Below are positions 24,084 to 35,790 of a stretch of DNA of 64,000 nt, piece after piece. Location: the NCBI RefSeq assembly GCF_001949145.1, contig NW_019091359.1, forward strand, positions 1,996,540 through 2,060,539. The letters are read 5' to 3'. The notes beneath the pieces were generated by a model. That model did not search any database. It saw only the letters and a list, made by a program, of their open reading frames with translations, and was not told the DNA's origin. Position 1 is the stretch's first letter. Each line of letters begins with the position of its first letter. The position numbers and the translations under genes are program-made. The DNA comes from Acanthaster planci. Lineage: Eukaryota.

Positions 24084-27000
24084 GATACAAAATGCATTGA
24101 TATGAGATCAGTGTGGAAAGACGCAAGAAAGTGACAGCCCAGCGCGGCTCTTCCTCTCATCTGACCAGCCAGACTTTGTGTCGCCGCCGTGTCCCCTGTG
24201 CACAGGTAGTTTCACCATCCTGGAAAACACTGTGAAAGGCTACATTTCCATTTTGTGTTTGTTCCAGGTGATTTGCTGATAGCTGAAGGCTTCATGATAC
24301 TAATATGATCCCAAACAGACTGGATGAAATTTTTTTATTAACTTTTCAGCAAGGGATCTGTGTTCTCAAGGCATAAGATATAACAGCTGTGGTAGGTTTC
24401 ACTTGACTGTGAAACTTTGGACGTTAGTCCTTTTTGCTCTCCAAAAGCAGGTGAACCATGGCTTGTCCCATCGCCAATTATCCAAAATATTTTCAAAGGA
24501 CCAATTTTGCAACTGAGACTGCTCAGGGAAGAGGTTCCTCTCTCACAGTAAGCCCAACATGGAGCTAACAGGCTCTGTTACAAAAATTGCATCTTCAGTT
24601 TGGGATAGGAAATGCATTGAAGCCAGATGAGTGATCATGAGGGATCCATGAGGATTGGGTGGCTGCATCAAGCGCACTCGTTACCCTCACTGTAGTCTGT
24701 CTGTCGCCTCTGCATGCTCTTGTGCTGTGTCAGGTTTTTGGAATGAGGACTTAAAACAACTGCAGTCCACATGATCTTCACAACTTTTGTATGGGTGGAA
24801 TCAGTCCTTGAAAAATGCAGCCATCTGTGACCAACTTTGAAAATAGTAACTGGCTAAGCTTTTGGGGATTTCAGGAATTGGAAAGTGATGGAAGGTGCTC
24901 CAATTTGTGGATTCTGTCAGTGGTGTAAAAGGGGTATACATTTTGAAGGGGGACATATAGGCACTTCATTTTGTGGAAGGGAACACTTGATGGATTTGGT
25001 CTTAGTTAAATCACTAACCATGGTTTGATTAAAAACAAAATATTTTCTAATGAAAGTAGGATTTGGACTGTTTTTTTCTGTACTTGCACAATGTGTTGAT
25101 CTGTGTAAGTAGGATTTTGGGAGATACCCCAATGCTCATGTTTCTTGGATAGTTCAGTTGAAGTAAATCTAACATAAAAACTGAAGCGTGTTACTACGGA
25201 AACTGGACTTTCATTGTAAACTTTTCTGTTACATTGCACATGTACATGTAGGTGACTGACCTTTGCTAAATAGTACTTAAGCTGTTTTGATTGTCATAAA
25301 ATTCAAGTCTAATGTGTATCAAGAAGTAAATGACGTGTTACATTTTATTACTGGTATAAGGCATGATGGTATTTGTCAAATGTAAAAAAGATCAAAACAA
25401 ATACCAAGAGATGAGTTTGAAGTACAAGGCCTTAGGTGATATGTTTACTGAAAAGGAAACAGCAGAAAAAGTTTATTTCTTAAAAATAGACAATATCATA
25501 TATTGGTGTAAAATTGCGGTGAATAGATAGAGCCACATGCAGCTGTAAGTTAGATTCATTTTAAATACAGTTAAAATTCAATCAGCAATAAATAAACATT
25601 GTAATTTAGTTCACTTGGTAAAATTCATTCATTTTGATTGGAAATTTGCATTTTTATTGGAAACTTTAATTTGAGTGGCAAAGGTATTTAATTTGATTGA
25701 AGGTAGAACTCATCATGCAAGCAGTGTAAAATTACAGTGAACTTTGTGTTTGTTCGGTATATTTTATTGGGTGATTCAGGCCTGCTGTCCCATCTACATG
25801 AGGTCAGAACGTTGGGAAAACACCAATAAAGTATTTATTGCTTTGTTCATCACTTGTGTAAGTGTGGAGAAGTGGATGAGCGGGTCTGAGTAACCGGCTC
25901 AAGTATTGACCGAAGAGGTGATTCACCTTAACGGGGTTGACCCTGGCTGCTTCTGGCCGATGGAGAGGGTGGGTTGGTACTCTCTTTCTTTCTCTGTCTG
26001 TGCTCTGGCTGAAGAAATGACGGCAGCAATTCATCTTCAATCCTACAAATCTTAGGTTTTTGTTTTGTCTCAACTAAAACTTCTGTTTTGTGAGAATGGT
26101 GAGCTAGTTTTATTCAACTGGAATAAAAATGTCAGCAAGACATCACTCACAAGCTTACTGAGTCAGTACTCGCACTCAAAGAAGTGCAGCAATGGTATTG
26201 GGGCGACCTTTTTAGAGCAAAGAATTATTTTCATCAGAACCAAGTTCTACAGTTAAAAGGACCATTCATTAACAACTGTTTATTAAGATCATTTGATGAC
26301 AGATGTAACCTAAAGGTTGACATTATTAAGAAAGACCTTTTCAAAATAACCTTAAAAGTTTTCTCATGAGCTAAAGTTGGAACACACTGCAGAGTTTTTG
26401 TACTTTTTCATTTTGATTTGGAAATCTCAGTTTGTTTGCACTTCAAGTTTGCTCACGCTTAGTGACTCAATTGAACACTGCCTGCAATCTCTCCTTTGTC
26501 TTTGAAAAATATCAATTTGAAAACTCTGATTGTGGGTAGTAATCTGAGCATTTTTACAAAGAAGTGTGCCTAAAGTGTCTTGTAAATGTTCGCCAACCCC
26601 AATATTCAGTTTAATTCAATTGTTCAATACAGTTGTGGCATTCATATCTAACCTTGGCTGTGTTTAACCTTTTTTCTGACACATATGTTTATTTGACGTC
26701 ATAAACCTTCTTCCTCTCATGGTCAGATTTAAGGCATACATCCTGTGTGACCCATTTTTCTGTCAGTGTGTCACTAGTGGATATTTTGGAATCATTTGTT
26801 CCTTAATCCATGGGCTCAGGTTGTCCACGTTCCATCAATTTTGGGCCTTCTAAAATGTTTTTCCTTCACACCAGCCAGAGTAAATATGACCTCTAAAATA
26901 CAGGGCTGGGCCCCACTGGATAAGCATTACTACAGAAAACAAGGGATTAAGGGTCTTTATGGGTGTCCACCAGCCTGAAGCTGTCCAAGGCTGTCTGCCA

Positions 27001-29020
27001 CCACTGACCAGATTTTGGTTTCCTTTTTGTGTGTGTGAAAAGACTACATGTAGATGTTCAACTTGCTAATTGTGATCCATTTTGCCTTGTTTGTTAAGCC
27101 TGATGTGTGTGTGCTGTATTTACCAGACACCTGCTGAGAACAGCAGTAGCTGAATATAGTCATGAACTCTGTGGTCAGGGTGGCCCTGAAAAGCTCAACT
27201 TCAGGTCTGTCAGAACTTTAAGTGTCCCCAAGTTGTCTGAACTGATGGGTGCGAAGGGAGAACTAGCAATTTTTTTTATCTCAGCTTGCAGTGATCTTGG
27301 CTTGCAGGGATTGAGCCGGCTTTCTTACATGGATTAGAAAGGCATTGAACTACTGCAGTTAAAGGCATGGAAGATGGCTGATTATCTTGTGCTTATGTCA
27401 CCCAGAATCCTTGATTTATTTTTGTACCTACCTAAGGTCTGGAACAGATGCTCAGTTTAAAAACCCTTTTTCATGGTATTTGAGGTAGGAAAGGAGTTTG
27501 CCCCCCTCCCATTTCAGACGTCAATACATACTTTGATCACACAGAAAACCTAACCAAGTATATTTTTTGTTGTACTGTCTGTTCTCCTATCAGAACATAT
27601 CCCCAAGGGAATTACTTGTCATCTGTTCTGCATTAATCATATGTGCACGTATAGGTTTTTACACGAATATGTTGCTGTCAACTCTCTCTGATGCATCATT
27701 GAAGATGCCCTAAGGAATCATCGGGAGCGAGACAGTTAAATGCTGAAACGTGAACACCATCATCAGTTGATACCCAAAGTCATAAAAGCAAACGGGGGTC
27801 TTTTTGAAAGAGAATTCTGCTTTGCCACATTGTCTTAGACTCTGTCAGGTTTTGCATTTCGGTCTTCCTCTTTTTGGTGTATTCTCTGAAGCCTTTTCAC
27901 TTTTCTGGTTGTTCCCCTCTGAATCATGTGCAAAATTGTCTGAGATTGTAGAGGGAAGCCCTAACATGATCATTTCAAAAACTTTTAGACGTACCACTTC
28001 GGCTAGATGTAGTTACGTATCATAATGTATATATTTTTTTTTAATGGAGAGGGGGTATTTTGTCTTATTCATAGTGTTGAAAGTTCAAAATGAGTCCTGT
28101 CTAGTTTTTTAACTTCATTGTTTCAAAGGGCTTGTTTACTAGAAGTGGTTAATGTGATGTCAACATTAGATTTTAGGACAAGGACTAAGCGTCGTAAAGA
28201 ATTGCTTTCTGGTATAGTTTATGATAGACTCCCCATAAAGATAGAATGGGACATGAGGTTAGGGTAGCCAAATCCAAGAACACTAGTTCATGTGTGCATG
28301 TTTTATTGTCCTATTACATGCTTGGACATGTACTGTTGTTTGTGATAGTGCTCTAGACACACAGAGCTAGACAAAACAGGCCAAATTAACATTGCCTCCA
28401 TTCAAGGTTCCTAGTTTCTTATTTGTCAGAATAATTATGAAAGTTCACAGCGTCCCAAATTTTTAAATCAGTTCCCCTTTATGGATTATTTGGTTCACTT
28501 GAAAGGATTTAACTGGCAAGATTTCCTATGAAGGATTTAGCATTCAGACCTAATGGTGCATATGATTGCTGCATGCATCGGAGATTATAGTTTGGTCTTA
28601 ATTATGGCCAACACAGTTAGCAGCACACAAGTAACTGTAAGCAGACTGTGAGCAGCTCACGGTTGAGGGACAAAAGCAGAAGCTTGATTAAGGATTAACC
28701 ACAATGTTTGAGGCATTAAATACCAGACCAGTAGTCAGCCTTTGCAATCCTGTCAATTCTGTTATGGTCAGTCTGGGGAGGCCTCTCGGAATCACTGCTC
28801 TATACATACCTTATAGATATTTACATGTTTACATGTACATGAACCTAAGTTATGTAAAGCTGGGTGAGTAATTGTGGATGAGCTATGCTCCCGCAAGTAC
28901 ATGGACACACGTTGAAAAGCTAACCATATTTCTTGGCATTCAGTAATTATTCACCTGAATATTCTTATCTAAACTAAACTCTACTCAAAAATAAATGACC
29001 AGTGGAAGTACATGTACTTA

Positions 29021-29927
29021 GTACTGGAACTTGGTACCAGNNNNNNNNNNNNNNNNNNNNNNNNNNNNNNNNNNNNNNNNNNNNNNNNNNNNNNNNNNNN
29101 NNNNNNNNNNNNNNNNNNNNNNNNNNNNNNNNNNNNNNNNNNNNNNNNNNNNNNNNNNNNNNNNNNNNNNNNNNNNNNNNNNNNNNNNNNNNNNNNNNNN
29201 NNNNNNNNNNNNNNNNNNNNNNNNNNNNNNNNNNNNNNNNNNNNNNNNNNNNNNNNNNNNNNNNNNNNNNNNNNNNNNNNNNNNNNNNNNNNNNNNNNNN
29301 NNNNNNNNNNNNNNNNNNNNNNNNNNNNNNNNNNNNNNNNNNNNNNNNNNNNNNNNNNNNNNNNNNNNNNNNNNNNNNNNNNNNNNNNNNNNNNNNNNNN
29401 NNNNNNNNNNNNNNNNNNNNNNNNNNNNNNNNNNNNNNNNNNNNNNNNNNNNNNNNNNNNNNNNNNNNNNNNNNNNNNNNNNNNNNNNNNNNNNNNNNNN
29501 NNNNNNNNNNNNNNNNNNNNNNNNNNNNNNNNNNNNNNNNNNNNNNNNNNNNNNNNNNNNNNNNNNNNNNNNNNNNNNNNNNNNNNNNNNNNNNNNNNNN
29601 NNNNNNNNNNNNNNNNNNNNNNNNNNNNNNNNNNNNNNNNNNNNNNNNNNNNNNNNNNNNNNNNNNNNNNNNNNNNNNNNNNNNNNNNNNNNNNNNNNNN
29701 NNNNNNNNNNNNNNNNNNNNNNNNNNNNNNNNNNNNNNNNNNNNNNNNNNNNNNNNNNNNNNNNNNNNNNNNNNNNNNNNNNNNNNNNNNNNNNNNNNNN
29801 NNNNNNNGATACTTGGTACTGATACTCGGTACCAGTACTTGGCAACAGTACTTGGTACCAGTGCTAGGCACCAGTACTTGATACCAGTACTTGGTACTGA
29901 TACTTGGTACCAGTAGTTGGTACTTGG
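29021..29927 (+). repeat. 13-bp minisatellite (TACTTGGTACCAG) spanning an assembly gap
   Basis: About 9 diverged units lie at 29808-29927 and the same motif ends at 29040, on both sides of the 767-N gap. Confidence 0.85.
29041..29807. other. Assembly gap (767 N)
   Basis: Run of n. Confidence 1.
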
Positions 29928-30318
29928 TTGGTTTCCTCCTGAAACATCTTCTAGGGATCCTAACTAAGAGGAAGTTTAAATTGATGTTTGATTATTGTTG
30001 TGTGAAGCCTTACTTCAATTGGGTCAGGGGTTTGGCTACATTTTCCTCTTGCACCTTGTACTTTAATCACCATGTGAAGAATCCTTGCATGTATTTCTAA
30101 ACTTATTCATTCTTTCCCTGTAGTAAACAATTTGTAACAAAAGGCCTGAAGTTTCAATGAATGCTTCATCTTATTAGTTGTAATGTGATCATGTTTTAAA
30201 CAATGACCATTAGAATGTGGATGTTTTCATAGAATACATGTTATTTATGAATGCAGAAGGAACTAATGGATACAGAAGTGGGAAATATTCTAGAAATGCA
30301 GAATCTGAATAAAACTGT

Positions 30319-30935
30319 CGGGGTTCCCAGCCAACCTGGAAATCAGGGAAAACCTGAAAAATGACTTCCCCTTTTTCCAGTCAGGGAAAAGTCAGAGAAT
30401 TTGAGAAAGGTCCCTCAAATCAGGGAAAAATCAGGGAATTTGTTTGTCCATTGGTCAGACTTTCTTGCCTTGGTGTCCATACAAAACGTTGAATTCTCTG
30501 CATGATTGCATGGCTATGGCGGCTTTGTGGTATAGCGTAGTGTACCTGTACATGTACTTGTAAATGGCTCTTTTTCTTTGTATCAGTATACCCAGCAAGA
30601 AATGAGACCGAGGGGTACCCCCCCAACATGTCCAATCCCTATACACATTCCAGACTATTGTTACTTAACACATCCCCCCAAGATATCTGAAAGGAATTCC
30701 CCAGATTCCTGCGAGACAATGACCAACACAAAGCAGGGGGGGTTGTCTCCGTCTCATACCTTGCTGCATATGTGTATCAGTGTAGCTTTTGTGCACCTAT
30801 AACCTTATAACCTGTAACATGAACACCTGTAGTGTACACTACCAGACTATAAAGCCAAAGTGATGATCCTGGAAGTTTTAACTTTCATCAGGAAAAAATC
30901 AGGGAATTTTGTTCTCATTAAATGCGGGAAACCTG
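30319..30935. mobile_element. Non-autonomous DNA transposon, CAGGGTTCCC-type termini, apparent 5-bp TSD (hAT5-like)
   Basis: Termini are cggggttccc / gggaaacctg, with several subterminal tcagggaa(a/t) repeats at both ends. ACTGT lies directly before 30319 and directly after 30935. Confidence 0.7.
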
Positions 30936-32059
30936 ACTGTCCCGTGGGTTGTTCAGGGGGAAAAAACTGTGACAGACCTAATATTTGGAGACTTCTTTGG
31001 TACCCGCTGACTCACATCCAAGCTGTATCAAATGTTGCTGTCCATTCTTTTGAAGAGAGACAAGAGCTCTGGATACACTGCCCTAATTTCCCCCTCATTT
31101 GGCCAACATTTGCTCAGTGAGAACCCCCCTCTATTAGATTAAGGCTCTCTGAATTTCTACACACAGCGAGATTGAGTGTCAGATTAGGGCAAAAGACAGA
31201 AGACAGAACAGAGTGGCATGGCAAAACATTATGGATTGTGCTATGCCAGTGCATTCACCTTGTCCATGTTACATGTGGATTCTTTTTATTTTGAAGGAGG
31301 GGATTTTAGTGCCTTCTTTTTACAGGGCTAAATTTCAGAGTGAGAAGGCTTTATCGCTGTGTTTTGAACCGTGCACTTTCAGGGTTCCAAGCTGGCTGGG
31401 TTTTAATCAGTAGCCAATGTTTATTAGCACACGTTTGCGGCCACATTTGAAGGTTGTTCTCAATACAACTGTTTCATGCCATGTGTTCAGAATTTGTAGC
31501 CAAGGGTTGTAAATTTCTCCTTTTTTTTGGCAATTGTGGTGGATGACAGCTTGAACTCTGTTTAGGTTGACAATGGTAGTGAAATTGTGCATATGTGCTT
31601 AATTTGGTGTAGATGTTCAGACCAAGCCAATTATTCATGAAATAGGATGAAACTGTTGATACCTTTGGCAGTCCTTCATTTTAAGAAAATCCAGGAGAGC
31701 TATAAATCACTCTCCTCAAACTTTCAGAAGAGCAAATCGTTTCCTTAAAATAAACCAATCAAAAGAAGTGGAAAATGAGGTCAAACAGTTGTTTGTACCT
31801 TGGGGGTCTATGTTGTTTCACTTTCTCCAATGATTTATAATGTTCTTGGGGCAATTTTAAAAATTAATTTAGTTTTAGTTCAGTTAGAAACAGGTTTACG
31901 ATACAAACATCATCTCAGTGCTTGTTTTTTTATTTGAACCACAATTGTTATATTTGTGAATTAAACATACACTATTTAGGCCTGACGAACTAACGTTACA
32001 TGTAAGTTTCAACCTACAATTCAACACAGTTGTATGTCAATGCACGTGTCCCTTTAATT

Positions 32060-32161
32060 TGAATGAAAGTGGAAGTGAACCTTTTTCATTCTGATTTGAG
32101 CATTGCTTTGAAAAAAAATGAAGGGGTTTTGAAAGTTTAAACTGCACTTCAACTTCATTCA
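32060..32161. repeat. Small imperfect inverted repeat (old MITE?)
   Basis: tgaatgaaagtggaagtg pairs with cacttcaacttcattca, with inner tttttcatt/aatgaagggg. Confidence 0.45.
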
Positions 32162-33949
32162 GTTGATGCAGACAGTAACAAACCCACCTCAATCAAAATG
32201 GAAAAATGTCCAACCAACACGTGTGCACGCACATGCCAACATCCAGTGTTTACGTATGATTATGGTCCGACAAACTGGGGGTTTCCTGCGCGAATTGAAT
32301 GAGTGCACACACTGTACATTTACATGTATATATGCATGTATGTCTGTAAAGAATATCGATACTGATTGGCTCTCTTGTCACTGAAAACCAATACTGACCA
32401 ATAAAAACACATAACAGATCGTACCATGTACAGCAAAACTGCATGTGCAAGCATATGTATAGTGTGCAGTGGGCATGCTACACAAGCGTGCAGGGCCAGC
32501 TGGCAGCGATGTTCGTACAATAATTATAGGCCTACAAAATGTATGTATGAAAGTCGCGGCGGGGTAAATGTGAAATTGTAAGTTACAAATGAATTACAGT
32601 CCTTTTTTGATGATGTTATCCACTGTGTTTGTCATATCGTTCATTATTTGTAAAGTGCCCTTACATTTCTTTAGGGGCGTGATTTTTACGCTCCTTAAGG
32701 AGTGTTGAGGAGCGCAGTAGGAGTGTCCGCACAATCGCCCTTCTGTAAAATGAAGGACTCCTTTGGGCAGTTTTATTCCAGAACCATCTTGTTTGGTTCT
32801 TGGATTTTCTTTTTTTTTTTGCTATTTGGAATTTGCTGACTTCAAGTAATATATGCAAGGGTTAGGGACTGTGTTTTTTTAGCATCCCATCAGTTGCACA
32901 TAGAACATGTACATGTATGTGAGCTTGGGAAAACTGAATGTCACATGCAAAGTAATGCATTAGAGAGCTGCATCTGGCTAAAGGCAGTATGATTCATTGT
33001 CAGGAATGAGATAAAATGTATTTGCCACAAATTTGCAAATATGCCAAGACTAATATCAGCCAAGACTGATGCGATTAAGGGAGTAATATCCTACAGGAAT
33101 GCTGCTTGGAGACACCATGTAGACATGTCTCATGTCTCACAACCCTTCACCTGTCCTGTCCTGCCTCTCTGGGATGACTCCTCAAAGCCATCGATTACCG
33201 ACCACCTGCCCTCCCCAAGACTGCTCTCAGTAAGATCGAGCCAAGAAGGTTGTTGGGCCCAAGCAGGGTAGAGTGTGCGGGGACCGGATGTATTGATGTC
33301 TTGAAGGAAATTGTGTGTTTGGTAAACATCTTAGCATTTCTTTGGGCACTTTGAAGAGGGTAGACAGAGATGGAGAGAGAGGACAGGTTGGGAAGTACAA
33401 TTCCAGGTGGTGCACTCCGTGCATAATTTCTGTTTGATGAAGATGGCTTCCTGGCTCTGGCCTCCTACTGCTGTTTTATGTCGGCCTTCCTTGGGGAATT
33501 GCCTCGTGAAAAACTGTACGAAGAGATCCAAACTAGAAATGCATGCTGTACAGAGAACGCACGGCTGAAGAAAATCAAAAGATGGGAACAGGGACAATAA
33601 AATATGGGCAAAGGACAGCAAAGGAACTAATTTGAAATATTTGATTATAAACATAAACCAGCAAAGCAATAGCTAAAAGCAAAGGAAATCAAGTGTATGT
33701 TTTGCATCTTTTTGCAAGTTCTCATGCAAAAACACCGTGAAGTTGGACAAGCAGAAGCATAAAAGAAAACATATTTACCTTAGCACAGCCAAGCACAATT
33801 GCACAAAGAAAATTAGCAAGCCAGCAAAAACATCTTAATGCACAAAGAGGCACATTATATTCTCAAAGATGAGAAAGATAAGGCCATGCCCAGTCAGTGC
33901 CATGGCTAAAGGAGCACAGTGGGGGGGGGGGCTATGCTAAGCACCTCCA

Positions 33950-34560
33950 CATCCCCTGCCAGAACAGCCCAACTTAGACAAGTAGGTCGGTGTCGAACCC
34001 AGAGATTTGACTTCTGCATGGAGCCAGGACACTCCAGGTCCATGGTTCCACAGCAGTGTCAGCCTCGGCCACGGTCCAGTGATGAAGAGGAGCAGACCGG
34101 TAGAAGACGGCACGGGGGTGCTGACCCAACGCTGGTTATTTTGGAACGCACATGCTAAGAACATATAGATACTGACTGAGGGTGAAACAAATGACTACTG
34201 AGTCTTTTATAGGTTTTAAAAATGTGCACGAATTCCAAAAAGACCTTTTCGAGGAGACACAAATGTTAAAAAAATGTGGATCAACTGGAATCATAATACT
34301 ATCCAAAATACATGTTTGAAGAGGGAAGCTGGTGAAAATGTGGATAGACTTAATATTCGTCGTCAACCCTGGAATGAAACCTTTATAGAGGTGGATTAGT
34401 GGAAACAGTTGATGGACTTGTTGGAAGTGGCTTTAGTCCTTGTGTGTATGAATGTTTTCTCTCTGTAATAGTGAAAATGGTGTTATCAGTCCACATCTCT
34501 ACCATATTCAGTTGCTTGAGAATCATGATAGTGCGATCCCCAATAGACAAAATTGGTGTG
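33950..34560 (-). mobile_element. L2/CR1 LINE RT C-terminal fragment
   Basis: Colinear LKQLNMVEMWTDNTIFTITERK, then CILDSIMIPVDPHF..VSSKRSFWNS, then LLLFITGPWPRL, matching 'DL..+..W...N.+.+N..K ... SS.LSWN ... LL.FY...RP.L'. Confidence 0.45.
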
Positions 34561-34787
34561 AATGGTAGTAGTGCAGGGACTAAACTGTACACAGCTCGGC
34601 AGCACGGCAAATTTCATGAATATAACGGTAACTTAGTTTGACAGTGGTATGTTTCAATCCAAACTGATCCTCTGTCATATCCAAATAAATTGGTATGTCC
34701 ATCTTTGTAGAATTCTTCTGTAGAACATAGCTGTTATTGTGTTGTCACTTTTTTCTACAAAACCAAACCCCTCTCCCCAGAAACCTT

Positions 34788-34801
34788 TCAGTAGGTGGCA
34801 G
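34788..34801 (+). promoter_or_regulatory. CTCF-like motif
   Basis: TCAGTAGGTGGCAG. Confidence 0.3.
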
Positions 34802-35300
34802 ATGCACTTAGTCTAAGCGTCATGCAATAGATGTGTGTTACATGACGAAGGCAACACTCTGTTGTTTCATCCCTGAACTTAGCACGCTCTGCAGGTGTAT
34901 CAATTCCAAAGCCAATCAGCTTCTCGCTTTAGTTTAGAAGCAGTATTAAAAAAAAGGGCGAGATCAGAGAGAAACCGTTTATACACCAGAAGAGAACCTG
35001 AGGATTGTGGCACCTCTTTTGATAGGGAAAAATTGCAGTTTTAGAATCGACCAGCTGCAAGGACAGCCACTGTTGTCATATTATGCAGATGCATTTTCCA
35101 TTTGTTTTACAATGTGAAACTAGTCTGTGCTCTAATTCAACACAATTTCAGAACAGACTGTTATCAGTTGAATTACTTGAACTTACATCCCAAATTAGTT
35201 GGGTAGTCAAAATTTCCAGTGGGTAGATGTCAGTGCAGTTATGGATACATGTCATTGCAATTTCTGCATTAATGTTCTCATTTCATATGAACAGAGATAA

Positions 35301-35462
35301 GACTGACTGACTGACTAAAACTTTTAAACCCTTTTTTTGTTTCAACCAAAACTTTGCTAATTGTATATTGTTTGTTTTATTTCCTTGCATGAATCGCTTG
35401 AATGGTCTCTGCTTTGACCATGCTCTTTGTACGATTCATCATTTTTTCATCTACAGGTAAGA
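35301..35462 (+). other. Candidate recursive splice site (3'SS fused to 5'SS) with AG-exclusion zone
   Basis: ...attttttcatctaCAG|GTAAGA (AG 35455-35456, GT 35457-35458). There is no AG between 35302 and 35454. (GACT)4 at 35301-35316 gives three CTGAC motifs, and TGCATG lies at 35386-35391. Confidence 0.55.
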
Positions 35463-35499
35463 ATTTTGTCTTAGTTATCTGCTTTAAGAATTCTCTTAA

Positions 35500-35790
35500 G
35501 CTGAGATTTTTTTAATATAATGATATTACCTTTATTTGATTGAGTCAACAGCTTATTCCCTACAGAAATAATCAAAGGAAATGAAAAGCCTCGTCGGAAC
35601 ATGATTTCAAGACAAATTTTCTTAGGAAACACCCAATTATATTGAAACAAAAAAATGAAAGCATTCCCCATTGGCAAGGACTCAGTTTGACTCAAAAAAC
35701 TTGATGTCTTTGTCCTTCTTTGTACTGGTGCCAATTTGTGTGCCTCAGAGCATCCTTGAAAACTCATATTTTTTCCACCTCCCCTGCAAC
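35500..35790 (-). mobile_element. L2-like LINE C-terminal fragment
   Basis: HKLAPVQRRTKTSSFL....FLFQYNWVFPKKI..IMFRRGF resembles 'KL..+Q+RA.R.I.....LF..L.W+P....+.+.+'. Confidence 0.4.

Noticed and set aside
27670..27740. Type III hammerhead-like layout (ctgtc ... ttgaaga-gccc..ggga-cgagacag)
   Set aside because: Two catalytic-core positions deviate (TTGAAGA, GAGA) and stem I cannot be formed.
28981..29916. Long ORFs (263-304 aa) in the ORF track
   Set aside because: Artefacts of translating through the N gap. The same applies to 46492-47168.
34018..34158. Exon-like + strand peptide MEPGHSRS...SSDEEEQTGRRR
   Set aside because: Better explained as the antisense reading of an L2/CR1 RT remnant, with no good splice sites.
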